Shown piece after piece: positions 17,518 through 22,859 of a stretch of 22,859 nucleotides of DNA. Under the pieces are notes generated by a model that was given only the letters and a program-made list of their open reading frames with translations, made no database searches and was not told the origin of the DNA. Source of the stretch: an uncultured Ruficoccus sp. (GTDB lineage Bacteria; Verrucomicrobiota; Verrucomicrobiia; Opitutales; Cerasicoccaceae). The stretch spans positions 1 to 22,859 of the forward strand of contig OZ223494.1 of assembly GCA_965140785.1 (NCBI GenBank). Reading direction: 5' to 3'. Position numbers and translations under genes: made by a program. Positions within the stretch are counted from its first letter, which is position 1. Each line of letters starts with the position of its first letter.

Positions 17518-18822
17518 TTAGTCGAGGTGGTAGGCGGACTCGCCGAATTCGGCCATGTCCAGGCCGCTCTGCATCTCCTCTTCGGTTGCCCGCAGGCCGA
17601 TCATGACTTTGCAGAGGATGCCGATCACGACGGTGGCCACGGCGCTCCAGGCTATGACTGCGCCGAGGGCGATCAACTGGACCTTCAACTGGCCCAGCAC
17701 GTCCACGACCCCTCGGCCGCCGAACAATTCGGTGCCCAGCACCGCGACCAGGACCGTCCCGAGAATCCCGCCCACGCCGTGCACGGCGAAGACGTCGAGG
17801 CTGTCGTCGATCCGGAGGCGGTCCTTGATAATCCCGCACATGACATAGCAGACCGCCCCGGCAGCCGCACCGATGAGCACGGCACCCAGCGGGCCGACGT
17901 TGCCGGAGGCGGGGGTGATGGTGGCGAGCCCCGCGACCATTCCGGTCACGATGCCGACCAGACCGGGCTTGCCCTTGGTCTTCCATTCGATGGCCATCCA
18001 GGCCAGGCTGCCCACGGCAGCGGAAATGTGGGTCACGAGCATGGTCATGCCGGCAGCGCCATTGGCGGCGAGCTGGCTGCCGGCATTAAAGCCGAACCAG
18101 CCGACCCAGAGCATGGCGGCGCCGACCATGACCGTGCCCGGGTGATGCGGGGGGTGCAGGCCTTTGGGGTAGCCGACGCGGGGCCCGACCATGATGGCCA
18201 GGATCAGGGCCGAGGTGCCCGCCGTGGCATGGACAACGATCCCGCCGGCCAGGTCGATCACTCCCATCTGCTGGAGCCAGCCACCGCCCCAGACCCAGTG
18301 GGTCACGGGCGCATAGACCAGCACCAGCCACAGCACGGTAAAGAGGATCACCGCGCTGAATTTCATGCGTTCGACAAAGGCCCCCACGATCAGCCCGGGG
18401 GTGATGATGGCGAAGGTCATCTGGAACATGACAAAGACGGTCTCGGGGAAGTCGCCGGTCAGGTTGTCCATTCCGATCCCCTTCAGGCCGAGGCGGGAGA
18501 GGTCGCCGATCCAGGCATTACCCGGGGCGAAGGAAAGGGTATACAGCACCGTCACCCACAGCACGGAGGCCACGCAGGCGATGGTGAAGCAGTGCATCAG
18601 CACCGAGAGGCTGTTCTTTCTCTGGACCAGGCCCGAGTAAAAGAGCGCCAGTCCGGGCAGGGTCATAAAGAGGACCAGGACAGTCGCGGTTAACATCCAG
18701 GCGGTATCTCCACTGTCCGGAGGCGCTCCGGGCACCTCGGCGGCACCGGCCCAATGGGGAAGTAGGGCCAGACCTGCCAATGGAAGAACTTTGGCGAGTG
18801 TAGTCAGGTATTTAGCGTTCAT
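17518..18822 (-). CDS. amtB: Ammonium transporter (Amt family) with N-terminal signal peptide
   Basis: GDTAW, PGLALFY, FQMTFA, HWVWGGGWL, DLAGGIVVH, WFGFNAGS and DDSLDVFAVHGVGG (twin-His intact), ending in a GLD..E.GE.AY tail. ATG at 18822; TTG at 18828 is an alternative start. Confidence 0.97.
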   Translation of the reverse strand: MNAKYLTTLAKVLPLAGLALLPHWAGAAEVPGAPPDSGDTAWMLTATVLVLFMTLPGLALFYSGLVQRKNSLSVLMHCFTIACVASVLWVTVLYTLSFAPGNAWIGDLSRLGLKGIGMDNLTGDFPETVFVMFQMTFAIITPGLIVGAFVERMKFSAVILFTVLWLVLVYAPVTHWVWGGGWLQQMGVIDLAGGIVVHATAGTSALILAIMVGPRVGYPKGLHPPHHPGTVMVGAAMLWVGWFGFNAGSQLAANGAAGMTMLVTHISAAVGSLAWMAIEWKTKGKPGLVGIVTGMVAGLATITPASGNVGPLGAVLIGAAAGAVCYVMCGIIKDRLRIDDSLDVFAVHGVGGILGTVLVAVLGTELFGGRGVVDVLGQLKVQLIALGAVIAWSAVATVVIGILCKVMIGLRATEEEMQSGLDMAEFGESAYHLD

Positions 18823-18858
18823 GAACAAGCTTTAACGCTGTATAAATTTTGTTCATGA
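18819..18858 (-). promoter_or_regulatory. 10-bp inverted repeat overlapping the amtB start codon (candidate operator or translation-blocking hairpin)
   Basis: TCATGAACAA (18819-18828), 20-nt spacer, TTGTTCATGA (18849-18858). The arms are perfect. Confidence 0.45.
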
Positions 18859-18986
18859 CGGGCAAGCGGTTTTCTACGCGGGTTGAATTTGCCCGGTGGC
18901 GGGCACGTTCGATGCCCTGTGCCCGCAACGCGCTCCGCTTCCCTGCCCGGAGTTATCGGGCCTGCCGTTTGCGAGCAGGTTGGTAT

Positions 18987-19057
18987 TTGACCACGGATTT
19001 CACGGATGGTACGGATGCTTTTTGTTATCCGTGACCATCCGTGAAATCCGTGGTTAA
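18987..19057. repeat. Long palindromic extragenic repeat with three (C)ACGGAT units per arm
   Basis: ACCACGGATTTCACGGATGGT (18990-19010) is the exact reverse complement of 19034-19054. There is an inner stem ACGGAT/ATCCGT, and the units have 9-nt periodicity. Confidence 0.85.
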
Positions 19058-19135
19058 TGGATTCTCTTCTCTCGAAATGGGAAGGGAGTGGGGCGGGAGG
19101 CGCTCCCTATCGAGCGATTTTAAGAAAGAATATAA

Positions 19136-19211
19136 TAGCCGCGAAAAGGCACATAAATCACAAAATATCTTTAATCTGTCCTCTCTGTGCCCTCTGTGTC
19201 TCTGTGGTTAA
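19136..19211. repeat. Two mismatched half-repeats of the periodic CAC/GTG extragenic repeat class
   Basis: Left arm TAGCCGCGAAAAGGCACATAAATCACAAAA (19136-19165). Right arm CTCTGTGCCCTCTGTGTCTCTGTGGTTAA (19183-19211) contains three CTCTGTG units. Confidence 0.55.
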
Positions 19212-19270
19212 AATAAAAACCGTTCGCCCCGGCAAATAAAGGAGCGGTTATGACAGGATGCGCCCCCCCC

Positions 19271-20755
19271 TCAGCCAATGGCGGCGTCCTGCTCATACAC
19301 CTTGCGGAAGTGGTGGCCGACGATGGCGAGGTTGACCGCCAGCGGCAGCAGGGCGCGGCGGCGGACCATGACCCACAGCAGCAGCTTCCAGTACTGCCTG
19401 CGCTCGCGGCCCAGCACGCCCAGACGCAGGCACGAGCGCAGGAAGGCCCGGAACTTTACGTAGTTGAGCGGCTCGGTGATGACGGGGGCCTTGTAGTTTT
19501 TGAGGAAGGTTTTGACGCGCTTGTAGTAGGGCTTGGGCAGGTAGAGGCCCTTGAAGAGGTTGCGGTAGCCCTCGCGCAGTTTGTCCGGGTTCATCCGGGT
19601 GACGAAGTTGCTCACGGCCTTGGTGTTGTTGCCTAAGGAGTTGCCCAGCAGGCGGCCTTCTTCCTTCATGCGGGCGTACAGGGCGGTGCCGACGGGGGCC
19701 TGGAGGATGCCGACCATAGCCATGACGATGCCGCTGTTTTGGATAAAATCGACCTGGCGCTGGAAGATGCTCTCGTTGTCCGAGTCGAAGCCCACGATGA
19801 AGCCGCCCTGGACCTGGAGGCCGTGGCGCTGGATCTTGTGCACGCAGGCGACGAGGTCGCGCCCGACGTTCTGCTTCTTGTTGCAGTCGGCCAAGCCCTG
19901 CTCAGAGGGCGTCTCCAACCCGATGAAGACCGTGTCGAACCCGGCCTGCGCCATCAGGTTCATCAGGGCCTCGTCGTCGGCGAGGTTGATCGAGGCCTCG
20001 GTGTAGAAGGGGATGCCGGTCTTGTCCTGTTGCCACTGGACCAGGGCGGGTAGCAGCTCGCGCTTGAGCACGCGCTTGTTGCCGATGAAGTTGTCGTCCA
20101 CGAAAAAGACCGAGCCGCGCCAGCCCGAGGCGTAGATGGCGTCCAACTCCTCGATGATCTGGGGGACGGGCTTGAGCCGGGGGCGGTGGCCGAGCAGGGC
20201 GGTCACGTTGCAGAAGTCGCAGTTGAACGGGCACCCGCGCGAGAACTGGATGCTAAGCGAGGCGTAGTCCTTGACCCGGACGAGGTCCCAGCGCGGGACG
20301 GGGGTCTTTTCCATCTCCGGGAAGCGGCTGTCGGCGTACACCCGCTTGGCGCACCCGGCGGCGAGGTCGGCCAGAAAAGGCGGCAGGGTCAGCTCGGCTT
20401 CGTTCAGGATGAGGTGGTCCACCTCGGGGTACTTGTCCGGCTCGCAGGTAAAGAGCGGTCCGCCCGCGATAATCTTCTTACCCAGTTCCTTGGCCAGTTT
20501 GATCACCTGCTCAGTGGAATCCTGCTGCACGGTCATGGCGCTGATCAGAACGGCATCGGCGGCTTCCACGTCCTTGCGGCGCAGGCTATGGACGTTCAGG
20601 TCCACCAAATTAAGCTGCCAGTCTTCGGGAAGCATGGCGGCGACCGTCAGCAGCCCCAGCGGGGGAAACGACGATTTCTTGCCGACGAATTTCAGCGCAT
20701 GCTTAAAGCTCCAAAAGGTGGCCGGGAACTCCGGGTAAACCAAAAGTACATTCAT
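19271..20755 (-). CDS. B12-binding-domain radical SAM protein (DUF4070-type; putative class B methyltransferase)
   Basis: N-terminal LLVYPEFPATFWSF...PPLGLLTVAAMLP cobalamin-binding domain, SRGCPFNCDFC (CxxxCxxC), FFVDDNFIG and GFIVGFDSD. Confidence 0.92.
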   Translation of the reverse strand: MNVLLVYPEFPATFWSFKHALKFVGKKSSFPPLGLLTVAAMLPEDWQLNLVDLNVHSLRRKDVEAADAVLISAMTVQQDSTEQVIKLAKELGKKIIAGGPLFTCEPDKYPEVDHLILNEAELTLPPFLADLAAGCAKRVYADSRFPEMEKTPVPRWDLVRVKDYASLSIQFSRGCPFNCDFCNVTALLGHRPRLKPVPQIIEELDAIYASGWRGSVFFVDDNFIGNKRVLKRELLPALVQWQQDKTGIPFYTEASINLADDEALMNLMAQAGFDTVFIGLETPSEQGLADCNKKQNVGRDLVACVHKIQRHGLQVQGGFIVGFDSDNESIFQRQVDFIQNSGIVMAMVGILQAPVGTALYARMKEEGRLLGNSLGNNTKAVSNFVTRMNPDKLREGYRNLFKGLYLPKPYYKRVKTFLKNYKAPVITEPLNYVKFRAFLRSCLRLGVLGRERRQYWKLLLWVMVRRRALLPLAVNLAIVGHHFRKVYEQDAAIG

Positions 20756-20852
20756 TCGACCCTAACATGCCTCACGTCGCATGCCATTAAAAGTGAGGAT
20801 GGGCCGTTTTTCCCCGTTAGTAACGGGTGTGATGAACGCTATTAGTGCCAGC

Positions 20853-20875
20853 GGGCGGCCGGTTCACGGCCGCCC
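20853..20875. terminator. GC-rich hairpin immediately downstream of the small ORF (possible terminator or processing stem)
   Basis: GGGCGGCCG-gttca-CGGCCGCCC forms a perfect 9-bp stem. There is no U-tract on the - strand. Confidence 0.4.
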
Positions 20876-20884
20876 CTGTTTAAA

Positions 20885-20980
20885 CTAATGCACGAGCAGG
20901 TGCCAGCCCAGCATCCCGAGCATGACACACAATGAGGTGGTACGGAACCACATGTAATGGATACGTGTGCGCTTCTTCAT
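20885..20980 (-). CDS. Unannotated small protein, 31 aa (MKKRTRIHYMWFRTTSLCVMLGMLGWHLLVH)
   Basis: ATG at 20980 (alternative ATG at 20986) to TAG at 20885. Basic N-terminus and hydrophobic C-terminal half. It is preceded by a sigma70-like promoter and followed by a hairpin. Confidence 0.5.
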   Translation of the reverse strand: MKKRTRIHYMWFRTTSLCVMLGMLGWHLLVH

Positions 20981-21020
20981 AGGCATTCAGGTTGAGGGTT
21001 ATGGGTTAAATGTTACATTT

Positions 21021-21049
21021 ATGTTACGGCAATATTTTCTGAGTTTCAA
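21021..21049 (-). promoter_or_regulatory. Sigma70-like promoter for the small ORF/radical SAM unit
   Basis: The - strand reads TTGAAA (21049-21044), 17 nt, TAACAT (21026-21021), in an AT-rich segment. Confidence 0.55.
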
Positions 21050-21375
21050 CCCCAAGCAGTTGATTTGCCAAATTTATTTGGATTTTCAGGGGTTTATATC
21101 CACCTTTTATCCAAATGGTAACGGGATTTTCTGACACTTTTGGCCGATTAGGCGAATAATCGCAGCTGGCTAATGGCATTAGCAGGGCTGGATTGGGGTC
21201 GGTTTTGTCACAGAAATGCCATAATTCCCCAGGCAATGGGACCGATCCTCTCTCTATGTCGCGAGGCGCAGCCTCGAAAGTGCAGGCTGCATGCGCGTCC
21301 AGCGGACCCTGCTGCGGGGTTTGGGGGAGGGTGCGGGAACCGCATTACTCAGGCCAACGGCCTTGGCCCTGCCGC

Positions 21376-22416
21376 CTACAGCAGCGACTGCTGGGAGTGG
21401 CCGTGTTTGAGCGGGTCCAGCCCGATCGTCTGCCAGGCTTTGGGGGTGAGGACGCGGCCCTGTGGGGTGCGGGCCAGGTAGCCCTCCTGGATGAGGTAGG
21501 GCTCGTGGACTTCCTCCAGGGTGTGCTCCTCCTCGCCCACGGCCACGGCGATCGTGCCCAGGCCGACGGGGCCGCCCTTGTAGTTCTCAGCCATCAGACG
21601 CAGGATGCGTTTGTCCATCTCGTCCAGGCCGTGCATGTCGATCTCGAGCAGCTCCAGCGCGGCCTCGGCCACTTTTTTGGTGATCTTGCCGTCGGAGCGC
21701 TGCTGGGCGTAGTCGCGCACGAAGTTGATTAAATTATTGGCGATGCGGGGCGTGCCGCGGGCGCGACGGGCCACCTCGGAGATGCCGCCCTTGTCCGCCT
21801 CGACGCTGAGCAGCTTGCAGGTGCGCGTGATGATTTTCTCCATCGTTTGCACCGGGTAGTAGGACAGCCGCGTCTGCAGGGTGAAGCGGCTGCGCAGCGG
21901 CGCGGTCAGCAGGCCGGTCCGGGTGGTGGCCCCGACCAGCGTGAAGCGCGGGATGTTGAGGCGCACGCTGCGGGCGTTGGGCCCCTGGTCGATCATGATG
22001 TCGATGCGAAAGTCCTCCATGGCCGAGTACAGGTACTCCTCGACCGTCTTGGGGATGCGGTGGATCTCGTCGATAAAAAGGATGTCGCCCTCCTCCAGAC
22101 CGGTCAGGAGTCCGGCCAGGTCGCCCGGCTTGTCCACCACCGGGCCGGAAGTCTGCCGGACCTGAGTGCCCATCTCACTGCCCAGGATGAGCGCGAGCGT
22201 GGTCTTGCCCAGTCCGGGGGGGCCGTGCAGGAGGATGTGGTTGAGGGCTTCGCCGCGTCCGCGGGCCGCCCCGACCATGACCTGCAGGCGCTCGATCGTC
22301 TTGCCCTGTCCGCTGAAATCGGCGAACGACAGCGGCCGCAGGGCTTTCTCCTGCGCCGTTTCGGGAGCCTCCAGTACGTTCTGAAGGTAGTCGGTGCCTT
22401 TTTCGGATTCGGACAT
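21376..22416 (-). CDS. ruvB: Holliday junction branch migration helicase RuvB
   Basis: LRP..F.DF.GQ, GPPGLGKTTLA, LFIDEIHR, LYSAMEDF, GATTR, PLRSRF, RGTPRIAN, GGPVG and RTPQGR. ATG at 22416 is preferred; the ORF track starts at 22434. Confidence 0.98.
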   Translation of the reverse strand: MSESEKGTDYLQNVLEAPETAQEKALRPLSFADFSGQGKTIERLQVMVGAARGRGEALNHILLHGPPGLGKTTLALILGSEMGTQVRQTSGPVVDKPGDLAGLLTGLEEGDILFIDEIHRIPKTVEEYLYSAMEDFRIDIMIDQGPNARSVRLNIPRFTLVGATTRTGLLTAPLRSRFTLQTRLSYYPVQTMEKIITRTCKLLSVEADKGGISEVARRARGTPRIANNLINFVRDYAQQRSDGKITKKVAEAALELLEIDMHGLDEMDKRILRLMAENYKGGPVGLGTIAVAVGEEEHTLEEVHEPYLIQEGYLARTPQGRVLTPKAWQTIGLDPLKHGHSQQSLL

Positions 22417-22458
22417 GCACAAACATTCACCCATTTGCGGGCGCCCGCCAAGTTCTTT

Positions 22459-22859
22459 TTATCGCTGGCCGAGCAGTTCCAGCGTGTGCGCGAGAACGGT
22501 GTCGGGGTGGACCTGTTCGATGGGCAGGCCGCCGGTGGCGGGGCAGCCCTCGGGCTGGAGCAGGCGGGTGGGGCCGTTGAAGACAGGCCCGGTCCGGACC
22601 GGGTTGGTCGGGCCGAAGACGACCAGCACGGGCACGCCGAGCGCGTTGGCCAGGTGCATGCCGCCGGTGTCGTTGCAGATGAGCAGGTCGAGCTGCGCCA
22701 GCTCGTCGGCGAACTCCACCAGCGCGGTCTTCCCGGCGCGGTCAAGCACACGCTCGGGGGCGAAGTCCTGCGTCACCGCGCGGGTGATGGGTGTGTCGCG
22801 TTCGGTGCCAAAGGTGCTGACCCGCGTCGCGGGCAGTTTTTGCAGCAGGGCGGTGATGA
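22459..22859 (-). CDS. Glycosyltransferase family 9 (LPS heptosyltransferase-like), 3' part; runs off the window
   Basis: The frame is open from the window edge (ITALLQKLPATRVSTFG...) through AGKT and CNDTGGMHLANALGVPVLVVFGPT, a GT9 motif. Confidence 0.9.
   Translation of the reverse strand, partial: ITALLQKLPATRVSTFGTERDTPITRAVTQDFAPERVLDRAGKTALVEFADELAQLDLLICNDTGGMHLANALGVPVLVVFGPTNPVRTGPVFNGPTRLLQPEGCPATGGLPIEQVHPDTVLAHTLELLGQR

Noticed and set aside
18899..18926. GCGGGCAC-N12-GTGCCCGC as an NtrC site for amtB
   Set aside because: The spacing differs from GCAC-N7-GTGC and no sigma54 -24/-12 element follows. It may be a simple GC-rich hairpin.
18987..19211. CRISPR array
   Set aside because: The repeats are short inverted or periodic units without unique spacers of constant length, and no cas genes are present.
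18849..19239. Short ORFs 18849-19034 and 19057-19239 (+)
   Set aside because: They are largely translations of the repeat arms (TTDFTDGTD, AAKRHINHK, LCALCVSVV), with no GxxExxY or other domain.
19271..20755. Naming the radical SAM gene hpnP or another specific methylase
   Set aside because: Family-level motifs are shared by many uncharacterised members, and no hopanoid or other pathway genes are adjacent.
21262..21290. Overlapping hairpins CGAGGC-gca-GCCTCG and GCAGCCT..AGGCTGC downstream of ruvB
   Set aside because: The stems are short, lie in GC-rich DNA, have no U-tract and match no RNA family I recognise, so support is insufficient.
20756..21375. Cobalamin riboswitch upstream of the B12-binding radical SAM gene
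   Set aside because: I saw no GGGAA..GGTG..AA.CC core or GCnACTG B12-box pattern on the - strand. An Infernal scan would be definitive.

Overview
GC-rich bacterial chromosomal window made mostly of housekeeping genes. Gene order and protein styles suggest a Verrucomicrobiota/Opitutia-like organism; this is an inference, not a lookup. From left to right: the 3' end of a renalase-like FAD oxidoreductase (+), an HD-superfamily phosphohydrolase (-), an exported hypothetical protein, coaE, rho with a ~290-aa disordered N-terminal extension, a REP/REPIN-rich intergenic region, and a type IV pilus/T2SS motor operon (pilB-like, pilT, pilB-like, pilC). The rest lies on the - strand: a GT2 glycosyltransferase, lspA, a dksA/traR-like gene, ileS, amtB, palindromic repeats, a B12-binding radical SAM (DUF4070-type) gene, an unannotated 31-aa ORF with a good sigma70-like promoter, ruvB and a partial GT9. 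I found no rRNA, tRNA, CRISPR array, transposase or prophage. The most notable items are (i) the small ORF upstream of the radical SAM gene, in an intergenic region with three perfect 7-1-7 dyads; (ii) loss of 3 of 4 Zn-ligand cysteines in both IleS and the adjacent DksA-like protein; (iii) an inverted repeat and uORF over the start of a glnK-less amtB; (iv) the Rho disordered region; and (v) two single-base homopolymer frameshifts (oxidoreductase, lspA) that are probably assembly errors. No clearly novel multi-gene system is established by the sequence alone.
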